Origin: an uncultured delta proteobacterium
Lineage (GTDB): Bacteria > Desulfobacterota > Binatia > UBA9968
Length of the DNA: 64,000 nucleotides
Assembly (NCBI GenBank): GCA_963771465.1
Contig: CAVYTU010000008.1
Location: 192,001 to 256,000 of the forward strand
Direction: 5' to 3'
A program made the position numbers and the translations under genes. The notes beneath the pieces were generated by a model. That model was not told the DNA's origin and did not search any database. It worked only from the letters and a program-made list of their open reading frames with translations. Below are positions 38,201 to 46,726 of this stretch, piece by piece; position 1 is the first letter of the stretch; each line of letters starts with the position of its first letter.

Positions 38201-40130
38201 CTCGCTCCTCGACCCATTTCTCTTTCGTGATCAGAATCGCCGCCCGCGAATCCTCCAGCATCATTTTCAATCGCGCATCAGGATAACGCGGGTCCAGCGG
38301 CACGTAGGCCGCGCCGGCTTTAAGAATCCCCAACAGTCCAACCACGCTCTCGATGGAGCGCTCAACGCAAATAGCGACGAGCGTTGGCGGAGCGCTATTC
38401 AAAGCGAGCAGATGATGCGCCAGCTGGTTCGCCCTCCGATTCAGCTCTCGATAGGTAATCTCCGTGCCGGCAAACTCCAATGCGACGGAATCCGGCGCTT
38501 GCTCGACACGACTTTCGAATAGGTCAGGGATACATCCATCGGCCGGAAACTCGGCGCTGGTATCATTCCAGTCGATCAGCAATTGGCGCCGCTCAAGCAG
38601 ACCAAGCATCGGCAGCGTAGCAATGGATTGCGCGGAATCAGCAGCGACGCTTTGCAGCAGCGTGACAAAATGGCCGGCCATTCGTTCGATAGTCGCCGGC
38701 TCAAATAGATCGCGGGCGTACTCAAAATAGCCGAGCAGCTTACCATCGCGTTCACGCAAATAGAGCGACAGATCGAACTGCGCGGTTTCAGTCTCGACAT
38801 CGACGGATTGTAGTGCGATATCGCCAAGCGTCGACATGCGACGCACCGTGTTTTGCAGCACGAACATAGTTTGAAACAGCGGCTGGCGATTGTTTTCCCG
38901 CGCCGGCTTGAGCGCTTCGACGACCCGTTCGAAGGGCACATCCTGATGGGCGAAGCCATCTAGACAGGTTTCGCGCACGCGTTGTAATAATTCTAGGAAG
39001 CTCGGTTCGCCGGAAAAGTCGGCGCGCAACGCCACCGCGTTGACGAACAAGCCGACCACCGGTTCGAATTCGCGCCGCTCACGACTCGCCACCGGCGCGC
39101 CGACCAGAATATCGCGCTGCCCGGTATAGCGATGGAGTAAAAGCTGAAAACCTGCCAACAGCGTCATGAACAGCGTGGCATTTTCTTGCCGGCTCAAATC
39201 GCTCATCGCCTTCGTCAATCGCTCATCGAGGACAATCGGCACGCGCGCGCCGCGAAAACTTTGGCGCGCCGGTCGAGCATGATCCGTCGGCAGATCCAGA
39301 GTCGGCGGGTCGGCGAGCTGTTTTCGCCAATAGGCCAAGTGCGCTTCAGTCTCCGCTTTGGCCAGTTCTTCGCGCTGCCAAAGCGCATAGTCGCGGTATT
39401 GAATCGGCAACTTCGCCAATGACGGCGGCGCGCCGTTCGCATAGGACTCGTAGAGCGACCAGATTTCATTGGACAGAATACCCATGGACCAAGCATCGGC
39501 CACCATATGATGGGTGCAGTAGACGAGCAGATGTTCTTGATTGCCCAGCCGCACAAGTTGCGCGCGTAACAAGCGTCCGCTGGATAAATCGAAGGGCTGG
39601 CGCGCCAATGCATCGACGACATGTTGGCTTTCGCGTTGGCGCTGTTGCGCCGGGAGCCGACGGAGATCGACGACGCGTAGAGCCAGCGGCTCGAAACGGG
39701 CCGTCTGCTGCGCAGCGCGTCCATCGAGGATAAAAAACTTACTGCGCAGCGCTTCGTGGCGCCGGAGAATGCCATTCACACTTTGATCGAGAGCTGCGAC
39801 GTTCAGCGTGCCGCGAACGCGCGTAGCGCGGCACAGATTGAAAACCGCGCTGCCCGGAGCCAACCGTTCAACGAACCATAACCGCTCTTGAGCGAATGAC
39901 AGCGGCGTGGGCCGGTCCGGGCGCGACCGAGGAATCGTTGCCATCGCGCGCTTGGGAGTCACTCCCCTTTGCCGCAGCAAATCGAGCAGCGCATCTTTCC
40001 GCGCCGCGATCCGTTGGCGCAGCTTCTCGTTCAATGCGCCTTTCGGCGCATCGACGCGCAGCCGCGCGCCGTTTGCGCTGACGCGAATGTCGAGGCGATT
40101 CAGTTCAGCGATAAAATCCGCGGCGTCTAT
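35283..40130 (-). CDS. NRPS: TubC-type N-terminal docking domain-C-A-T-C (no TE); probable ATA start
   Basis: HHMVAD, YTSGSTG, SFVDSVWE, NGKVDR, GGHSL, terminal C HHIIGD. The frame extends 32 codons upstream of the track start as a docking-domain sequence, back to ATA 40130. Confidence 0.9.
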   Translation of the reverse strand: MDAADFIAELNRLDIRVSANGARLRVDAPKGALNEKLRQRIAARKDALLDLLRQRGVTPKRAMATIPRSRPDRPTPLSFAQERLWFVERLAPGSAVFNLCRATRVRGTLNVAALDQSVNGILRRHEALRSKFFILDGRAAQQTARFEPLALRVVDLRRLPAQQRQRESQHVVDALARQPFDLSSGRLLRAQLVRLGNQEHLLVYCTHHMVADAWSMGILSNEIWSLYESYANGAPPSLAKLPIQYRDYALWQREELAKAETEAHLAYWRKQLADPPTLDLPTDHARPARQSFRGARVPIVLDERLTKAMSDLSRQENATLFMTLLAGFQLLLHRYTGQRDILVGAPVASRERREFEPVVGLFVNAVALRADFSGEPSFLELLQRVRETCLDGFAHQDVPFERVVEALKPARENNRQPLFQTMFVLQNTVRRMSTLGDIALQSVDVETETAQFDLSLYLRERDGKLLGYFEYARDLFEPATIERMAGHFVTLLQSVAADSAQSIATLPMLGLLERRQLLIDWNDTSAEFPADGCIPDLFESRVEQAPDSVALEFAGTEITYRELNRRANQLAHHLLALNSAPPTLVAICVERSIESVVGLLGILKAGAAYVPLDPRYPDARLKMMLEDSRAAILITKEKWVEERGWMPVLSEVEGMEDRALRYSTLEPRLKVVCLDRDWPEIETARANNPATGARAEDAAYVIYTSGSTGAPKGVVALHRGALNRFHWMWKQFPFAPGEVCCMKTSLSFVDSVWEIFGPLLQGVRLVIASDEAASEPHRLVEFLAEHRITRIVLVPSLLQALLDGTPNLQNKLPQLVYWTSSGEELPAALADRFKKSHPRATLLNLYGSSEVGADVTCFEYRRPIGAAGVPIGRPIANTEIYLLDARMQPVPIGLTGELFVGGAGLASGYWHRPELTAERFIPNPFDRDSTARLFRTGDFARYLPDGNLEFLGRDDRQIKIRGQRIELAEIEAALRAHRKIQDCVVAALVEERGGSADCRLQIPDDKSDGLLCAYVVSKPAAELSVSELREFLRLRLPEAMIPSHFVILDYLPLLPNGKVDRRALPAPSMHSTNDIVEPRTAVEGVVAVIWRELLRLERVGVDENFFELGGHSLLATQLTARLRAAFAVDLSLRDLFDAPTIAGVARNLESAMRQGNGEGLPAITARSLGGHLPLSSAQEQFLTLDDLLSGAEFLHLPYGYRLTGPLDVAALRRSLQTIVDRHAVLRTLFRDVDGAPAQTIRRSQKLVCSVVDLTALAPGQRQAALARLSNHDASATFDLATRPAFRVKLIRLAPCEHVLLVTLHHIIGDQWSLRRFRYELTKLYEAFARGLPSPLADLPIQFADFTRWQNQLLETGGFDEQFKYWRNILAGAAPRLEFTGAPRRGARSGYRSARKFLTLDADLFAGVRELSRRRKLTPFVVLLAALDAWLWRLTDSRDIRIATLVANRSRPHTEELIGYLVNAVVLRAQIAPRMSFIELLDQARATALGAFAHQDLPIESLVRALQDKKNSPNRSLYQVMMNYRRFAFQSESVSGLTIASLGGTDRAAAADVAFTSADLSFDFRETSTALTAIVNYKVARFDESFVAHALKQFSGVLAQAVAVPERKLSSIKLTP
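38130..38212. repeat. In-frame heptamer palindrome containing a CTTCGACTTCGCTCAGGACAGG REP inside the NRPS A domain
   Basis: tccttcgacttcgctcaggacaggc at 38169-38193, nested in atcctcc/atcctcg heptamers; encodes EERGWMPVLSEVEGMEDRALRYSTLEPR. Confidence 0.7.
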
Positions 40131-43100
40131 AGCTCGAACTCCTCTCGCTCACACGCGCCGCCATGCTCGCGCCGAGCCACGTCGATTCGATCGGCCAACG
40201 CAGCGACGGTCGGTGACTCCATAAATACCCGCAAGTCCAAGCGGGCGCCGAGCGATTCACGGATGCGCGCCGCGACTTGAGCGGCGAGCAATGAATGACC
40301 GCCGCAATGAAAAAAATCATCCAGGCGGCCAATCCGTTCGACACCGAGCACTTCGGAAAACATCGCGGCAAGACTTTGCTCCAACGGCGTGCTCGGCGGA
40401 TCGAATGGAGTTTCCGTCGTCCGCGTTTGAGTTATTCTCGGCAGTTCGGCGTGGTCCACTTTGCCGTTGAAACTCAACGGCAAACGAGCGAGCCGAACGA
40501 AATCGGCCGGCACCATGTAATGCGGTAGTTTGGCGGCGAGAAAGCCGCGCAGGTCGGCGAATAAATTCCCAGCGGCATCGTCGGCGACCACGTAAGCGAC
40601 CAACCGCTCCGATAATTTTGAAATTGGAATTTTAAAGTTTGAATTCACCGCCACCGCGACCTCGCGCACCGCCGGGTGCTGCAACAACGTCGACTCCACT
40701 TCGGCGAGCTCGACGCGGAAACCGCGGATATTGACGCGACGATCGCGCCGGCCGACCCATTCGACATTGCCGTCGGGGCGATAGCGGCCAAGCTCGCCGG
40801 TACGGTAAAGGCGATCCTTCGACTCGCCGGTAAACGGATTGACCAGAAAATTCGCCGCGGTCAGTGATTCATCGTCAACGTAACAGATAGCCAGATGCGG
40901 ACTACGGACAAAGAGCTCGCCAAGCTCGCCGACTCCCGCGGGCTGATTTTGGGGCGTCAACAAGAGCAGCTGCACGTCCGGTACACCGCGGCCGGTCGGC
41001 AAAATCGCATGGGCAGAAATTGCCGCCTCGTTGCCATCGTCTTCGACCGCAAGATATCCGACGGCGCGCTGGGTCTCGGTGGCGCCGTAAAAGCTAACGA
41101 TCTTGGCATTGGGCGCCAGCGCGCGCATCGCGGCAACGTCTTGACGGGTCAACAGATCGCCGCCGAAAAATATTCGGCGTAAGTTCGGCAACGGTTTGGC
41201 GCCGGCACTATGCAGCAACCGACCCAGCGCGGGTGTCAAATGCAGAATCGTTATTCGATGCTCGCGCAGCCACGTGATCAATTCGTCGACAGATTTCATT
41301 TGCGCCGCGCTGGGAATATAGAGCGCCGCCCCGGAAGTGAGCGCAGTGAATAATTCCCGTTGTAGATGGTTGTAGCCGAGACCGGAAAGGAGGCAGTAGC
41401 GATCCGAACTGATTAGCGCGAATTCTTTCTCCTGCCACGGCAGAAAATGGCTCATCGGCCCATGACGGCAAAGCACCCCCTTGGGCTGTCCGGTCGAGCC
41501 GGAAGTGAAGGCGATATACGCCGGATCGTCGGCGCCGATGGAAATTTCCGGCGCCGTTGACTCATAGCTCGCCAGCGCGTCAGCTATTTCGTCCTTGGCC
41601 GTCGGCAGATTCAGTCGGCAGCGTAGCCCGCTAGCGGCAAGAAAAGTTCCAAGTTCATCGGGTAATTCGACGGCACCCGCCAATTGCAACCAAGCCTTGG
41701 GCTTGGCAATACGCAGGTAATCGAGCAAGCGCGCCGTCGGGTATGCCGGATCGAGCACGACAAACACCGCCCCGGCCTTCAACACGCCGAGCAAGGCGAT
41801 CGCCAATGACGCATTGCGCTGGCCGTGGATCGCCACCACGTCGCCCTTATCGATGCCGTGGCCGTCTAGACAATTAGCCAGCTGATCGCTCAATCCATCG
41901 ATCTCTGCATAATTCCAATCGCCACTGTCGTCGAGTAAGGCCAGAGCATGCGGCCGCGCTTTGGCTTGCTCCGAAACAAGCGCAGCAACCTTGCCTTGCC
42001 ATTGGTCGCCGAGCGGCAGAACCGGATCGGGTAGAATTCTTTCAGTCGATGTCGTCCGCAATGAGTAACGATCGATGGTTTGCTCCGGCGCGGCGACGAT
42101 TTGATCCAGCAATGCGCTTAACTGCTCCATATAAATCGTCACCCGTTCCGCGCTGAACAGTTCGGCGTTGTAAACCATCGCGAGCTCGATCGAGCCGTTT
42201 ATTTCCGGCGCGTAGAGTACGATGTCAAACTTGGCCGCCGGCTCACTTTGGGAAATCTTCTCCGTGCGGCAATCGATGAGCTTGAGCGTACGCTCCGAGG
42301 CGTCGTTCATGTTGAACATGACCTGGAACAATGGATTGCGGCTTAAGTCGCGCTCGGGATTAAGCGCTTCGACGACTTTATCGAACGGCAGCTCTTGATG
42401 CGCATAGCCTTCCAGACAAACGTCCCGTACGCGCTTGAGCAGAGCGCTAAAACTTGGCCTTCCGGAAAGATCGCTGCGCAAAGCCAGAGCATTGATGAAG
42501 AAGCCGACAACGCCATCGAGTTCGGGCCGATTGCGTCCTGCGATGGTCGAACCGACAACGATGTCCTCCCGCCCGGCCAAGCGCGCGAGCAGAATGTCGA
42601 ACGCCGCTAGCAGCGTCATAAACAGCGTCGCGCCCTGGCGACGCGAAAGCTCTTTCAGCGCGGCGGTCAATTCGCGCGGCAGACGCTGCACCACTCGCGC
42701 ACCCCGATAACTTGCCAACGCCGTCCGCGCCCAGTCCGCAGACAAATCAAGCGGCGTCAAACTGCCGCCAAGCTGGCGCTTCCAGTACGCCAACTGGGCC
42801 TCGGCCGCGGCGCTGCCAAGCCATGCTTGCTGCCATATTGCGTAGTCGGCGAACTGCACGGGTAGCGCGGGCAAGGAAATGGCTGAACCTTTCGCGCAGG
42901 ATTCGTATAAGAGCGCCAGCTCGCGATAAAAATCCACCAGCGCAGAAGCATCGACAATGATGTGATGAAAGTTCAACAGCAAGACATGCTCATCGTCGGC
43001 GAGCCGAAGTAGCTTGGCGCGCACGAGTGGCGCGCGGGCGAGATCGTAAGGCATACGTGCGTCCGCCGCGATCAAGCGAAGAACTTCCTCATCGGCCTGA

Positions 43101-46100
43101 TCCGTAGCGCATTCGCTAAAGTCGAGCACTGACAACTGCATTTCTGCTTCGGGCAAAATTCGTTGTGCCGGCTGACCCTTCGTTTCAACGATCGCCGTAC
43201 GCAAGCTCTCGTGACGCGCGATCATCGCGTTAAGCGCCGATGCGAGCGCTGCGACGTCCAGTCGACCGTGAATCCGATAGGCCGCTGGAATATTGTAAGC
43301 GCCCGATTCTGGTTCAAGCTGGTGCAAAAACCAGAGGCGCAGCTGGGCCGAAGAAAGCGGCAGATCGCCATGACGCGGCAGCACTACGATCGGCGCGCTG
43401 GCCAAGCCATTTTGCGTCCGGCGCAGGTCGGCGACGTGAAGCGCCAACGCCGCCAGCGTCGGCAACTCGAAGAGTTGGCGCAGCGGCAACTCGATATTAA
43501 AGTTGGCACACAGCCGCGCTGCCACGCGCGTGGCGAGCAGCGAGTGGCCGCCGAGATCGAAGAAATTGTCGTACACGCTAATCTCGTCGACACCGAGCAC
43601 GTCGCGCCACAACTGAGCAACCAGCTCTTCGACTTCACTGCGCGGCGCGACGAACCGCCGAGCCACGCTCGGTGTCCCGCCATCGGGTGGCGGCAGAACC
43701 TTGCGGTCGATCTTGCCATTGGGAGTCAAAGGCAGCGCTTCGAGCACTGAGAATTGCGCAGGAACCATGAACTCGGGCAACGTTTGTCGCAAAAAGTTCT
43801 GCAACTCAGCGGCGTCTATTGGATTCAACGCACTTGGGACGACATAAGCTACCAACTGCGCGTCCGACACCGGACTCTGAGATTTGAAATTTGAAATCTG
43901 CAATTTGGAATCCGCGCTCGCGCTGTGAGCGACCACAACACACTGGCGCACCAGCGGATTCCGACCCAGCGCCGCTTCGATTTCGCCGAGCTCGATGCGA
44001 TGGCCGCGAATCTTCACCTGATTGTCGGACCGGCCGAGAAACTCGATGTCGCCGCTGGGCAAGTACTTGCCGATATCCCCCGTGCGGTAGAGACGGGAGT
44101 CGGCATGCTCGTGAAACGGATTGTCAATGAATTTCTCCGCGGTCAGCGCCGGTAATTTCGAGTAGCCGCGCGCCACGCCGGCGCCGCCGATGAAAATTTC
44201 TCCCGGCACGCCGATTGGCGCGGGCTGCAAACGGTCATCGAGCAAATAAATCTCCGTGTTGGCAAGCGGCCGGCCGATCGGCACCGGCCCTTCTCCGCTA
44301 TCAACGCGGTAGCTCATCGACCAGATCGTGGTTTCCGTCGGACCGTAGAAATTCCACAGCGCCTTGCCACGCGTTATCAATCGATCGGCCAACTGGCGCG
44401 GCAACGCTTCGCCACCCAAGAGCATCGTCAAATTGACCGCACCCTGCCAACCGGCTTCGAGCAACAGCCGCCAACTTGACGGCGTCGCCTGCATCAAAGT
44501 CGCCGCCGGCTTCGCCAATCGCCGCGCTAAGCGTTCGCCGTCGCGCGCCTCATCGCGGCTGGCGATCACCAACTTGGCGCCGCTGATGAGCGGGACCAAC
44601 AACTCCGCCGCGGCGATATCGAAAGAAATCGTCGTCACCGCCAGCCAGACGTCGCGTTGGCTTACATTCAACTGACGTCGCATGGAGAGCAGGCAATTGA
44701 CCAGCGAACCATGCTCGATCTCGACGCCTTTTGGCTGCCCCGTCGATCCCGAAGTGTAAATCACATAAGCGAGATACCGCGGCTGAATCTTACTTTTAGA
44801 GTTCACCGCGCGTTGTTTGCCAATCTTTTGCCGGTCGCGATCCAACAGAATAACCTTGCGCGGAGACTCGCCATCCCCGATCCTCAATCCTCGATCCTCG
44901 GCGACCCGCTTCTGGCTGATTAGTATCGACGCTTGGGCATCGTCTAAAATGAATGCCAAGCGCTCGAGTGGATACTCAGGGTCGAGCGGGACATAAGCAG
45001 CTCCAGCTTTGAGCACAGCCAACAAAGCGATGACCATCTCGATGGATCGGTCTAGACAGATCGCTACGCGGTCTTCTCGCCCAATTGCAAATTTTTTCAA
45101 GTAATGCGCTAAGCGGTTGGCGCGTAAATTGAGCTCGCGGTACCTTAGCTGTCGGTTGCCAAACACGACCGCGATCGCATTCGGTGTTCGCTTCGCTTGC
45201 GCTTCAAACAGTTCTACCACGGTCCGGCGCCTCGGATATTTCGCTTGGGTGTCATTCCACTCCACCAAAAGTTGGCGCCGTTCCGCCGCGCTCAGAAGCG
45301 CTAGCGCGTTGATCGGTTTATCGGGATCGGCAACGATCGCCTTTAACAGGTTGCGAAAATGTTTGGCCATGCGATCGATCGTACCGCCGGCAAAGAGATC
45401 GCTGCTGTACTCAAAGAAGCCGTTGAGCGCGCCGTCCTTCTCGGCAAGAGACAGCGTCAGGTCGAACTTGGCGCTGGCGGTCGCCAATTCGATCGGCGCG
45501 CAAGTCAGACCTGGGAGATGCAAATCGCCAGCGTTGTGTTGGAACCCAAACATGACTTGGAAAATCGGATTGCGGCTCAAATCGCGTTGCCCATGGAGCG
45601 CGTCGACAATTCTCTCGAACGGCACATCGCGATGTGCCTGGTCGGCCGCAAACCCTGCGCGCACGCGCGCCAGCAACTCACGAAACGGCGGCGCGCCGGC
45701 AAAATCGCTGCGCAGCGGCAGCATGTCGACGAAACAACCGATCAACCCCTGGAACTCCGTCCGATCGCGGTTGGCGCGCGGATAACCGACGACGATGTCT
45801 GCTTGCCCGCTGTAGCGGTAGAGCAAGATTTTAAAAGCCGCCATCAGCGTCACAAAAAGTGTCGTTGCCGCGCTACGGCTTAATTTTTTCAACGCCGCGG
45901 TGAGCTTTGGCGAGATTACGATGGACCGCCGCGCCCCGCGCGAACTCGGCGTAGCCGGCCGTCTGCGGTCGGCCGGGAGATCCAATGCCGGCGGCGCGCC
46001 GCTAAGCCGTCCCTTCCAGTAGGCTAATGGCGCTTGACTCCTCTCATTCGCCAACGCTTGGCGCTGCCACTCCGCGTAATCGCCGTACCGATGCGTTAAT

Positions 46101-46726
46101 TCGGTAAGCTCGTCCTCGGCGCCACGCCGGTAAAGCGCCTCAAGCTCGCGATAAAGGATTTCCAGCGACGCGCCGTCGAAAATAATCTGGTGCGCGCTAA
46201 TCAGCAAAATATGCAGCTGATTTTCCAGACCGATCAGCGTGACCCCAAACAGCGGCCCGGTAGCTAGATTGAAAACGCGCCGAGGCTCATCATCGAGAAT
46301 TCTTTGCGACCGCGCCGCGCGCTGTTTCACCGGCCAAGCGCGCAAATCGACCCGTCGTATACGAAAATCCTCAGCGGCAGTGGCGCGCTGCACGGGTTGA
46401 CCGTCATCCAGCGAAAATACGGCGCGGAGAATTTCGTGCCGGCGCACGATCTCGTGCAGCGCGCCCGACAAGCGCTCGATATCGAGCCGGCCGCGCAAAC
46501 GATAGGCGCGGCAAAGGTTATAAGCGCTGCCGGGCTGAAACTGATCGAGGAAACACAACCGCTCTTGCGCGAAAGAAAGCGGCGCGCCGTCCCGCTCGCC
46601 AAGTTGAGGAATCGCCGTCACCTGCGGCGCCATCACCCCTTCAGCTTCGAGCAGCTGTGCAAGCAACGCGCGCCGCGCCTTTTCGAGCTCGACGCCGGCG
46701 GATTTTGCCCGGCGCGATTTAGCCAT
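40127..46726 (-). CDS. NRPS: C-A-T-C-A-T
   Basis: LSFAQERL, HQIIFDG, YTSGSTG, SFDIA, GGHSL, HHIIVD, FTSGSTG, YGATETQRAV, GGHSL, acidic EEFEL docking tail. ATG 46726 overlaps the previous gene. Confidence 0.95.
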   Translation of the reverse strand: MAKSRRAKSAGVELEKARRALLAQLLEAEGVMAPQVTAIPQLGERDGAPLSFAQERLCFLDQFQPGSAYNLCRAYRLRGRLDIERLSGALHEIVRRHEILRAVFSLDDGQPVQRATAAEDFRIRRVDLRAWPVKQRAARSQRILDDEPRRVFNLATGPLFGVTLIGLENQLHILLISAHQIIFDGASLEILYRELEALYRRGAEDELTELTHRYGDYAEWQRQALANERSQAPLAYWKGRLSGAPPALDLPADRRRPATPSSRGARRSIVISPKLTAALKKLSRSAATTLFVTLMAAFKILLYRYSGQADIVVGYPRANRDRTEFQGLIGCFVDMLPLRSDFAGAPPFRELLARVRAGFAADQAHRDVPFERIVDALHGQRDLSRNPIFQVMFGFQHNAGDLHLPGLTCAPIELATASAKFDLTLSLAEKDGALNGFFEYSSDLFAGGTIDRMAKHFRNLLKAIVADPDKPINALALLSAAERRQLLVEWNDTQAKYPRRRTVVELFEAQAKRTPNAIAVVFGNRQLRYRELNLRANRLAHYLKKFAIGREDRVAICLDRSIEMVIALLAVLKAGAAYVPLDPEYPLERLAFILDDAQASILISQKRVAEDRGLRIGDGESPRKVILLDRDRQKIGKQRAVNSKSKIQPRYLAYVIYTSGSTGQPKGVEIEHGSLVNCLLSMRRQLNVSQRDVWLAVTTISFDIAAAELLVPLISGAKLVIASRDEARDGERLARRLAKPAATLMQATPSSWRLLLEAGWQGAVNLTMLLGGEALPRQLADRLITRGKALWNFYGPTETTIWSMSYRVDSGEGPVPIGRPLANTEIYLLDDRLQPAPIGVPGEIFIGGAGVARGYSKLPALTAEKFIDNPFHEHADSRLYRTGDIGKYLPSGDIEFLGRSDNQVKIRGHRIELGEIEAALGRNPLVRQCVVVAHSASADSKLQISNFKSQSPVSDAQLVAYVVPSALNPIDAAELQNFLRQTLPEFMVPAQFSVLEALPLTPNGKIDRKVLPPPDGGTPSVARRFVAPRSEVEELVAQLWRDVLGVDEISVYDNFFDLGGHSLLATRVAARLCANFNIELPLRQLFELPTLAALALHVADLRRTQNGLASAPIVVLPRHGDLPLSSAQLRLWFLHQLEPESGAYNIPAAYRIHGRLDVAALASALNAMIARHESLRTAIVETKGQPAQRILPEAEMQLSVLDFSECATDQADEEVLRLIAADARMPYDLARAPLVRAKLLRLADDEHVLLLNFHHIIVDASALVDFYRELALLYESCAKGSAISLPALPVQFADYAIWQQAWLGSAAAEAQLAYWKRQLGGSLTPLDLSADWARTALASYRGARVVQRLPRELTAALKELSRRQGATLFMTLLAAFDILLARLAGREDIVVGSTIAGRNRPELDGVVGFFINALALRSDLSGRPSFSALLKRVRDVCLEGYAHQELPFDKVVEALNPERDLSRNPLFQVMFNMNDASERTLKLIDCRTEKISQSEPAAKFDIVLYAPEINGSIELAMVYNAELFSAERVTIYMEQLSALLDQIVAAPEQTIDRYSLRTTSTERILPDPVLPLGDQWQGKVAALVSEQAKARPHALALLDDSGDWNYAEIDGLSDQLANCLDGHGIDKGDVVAIHGQRNASLAIALLGVLKAGAVFVVLDPAYPTARLLDYLRIAKPKAWLQLAGAVELPDELGTFLAASGLRCRLNLPTAKDEIADALASYESTAPEISIGADDPAYIAFTSGSTGQPKGVLCRHGPMSHFLPWQEKEFALISSDRYCLLSGLGYNHLQRELFTALTSGAALYIPSAAQMKSVDELITWLREHRITILHLTPALGRLLHSAGAKPLPNLRRIFFGGDLLTRQDVAAMRALAPNAKIVSFYGATETQRAVGYLAVEDDGNEAAISAHAILPTGRGVPDVQLLLLTPQNQPAGVGELGELFVRSPHLAICYVDDESLTAANFLVNPFTGESKDRLYRTGELGRYRPDGNVEWVGRRDRRVNIRGFRVELAEVESTLLQHPAVREVAVAVNSNFKIPISKLSERLVAYVVADDAAGNLFADLRGFLAAKLPHYMVPADFVRLARLPLSFNGKVDHAELPRITQTRTTETPFDPPSTPLEQSLAAMFSEVLGVERIGRLDDFFHCGGHSLLAAQVAARIRESLGARLDLRVFMESPTVAALADRIDVARREHGGACEREEFEL

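Noticed and set aside
37689-38522. Long antisense and alternate-frame ORFs over the NRPS and other genes (e.g. 30240-31013, 45117-45785, 47244-48053)
   Set aside because: These are shadow ORFs expected in GC-rich coding DNA; they have no motifs and lie over well-supported genes.
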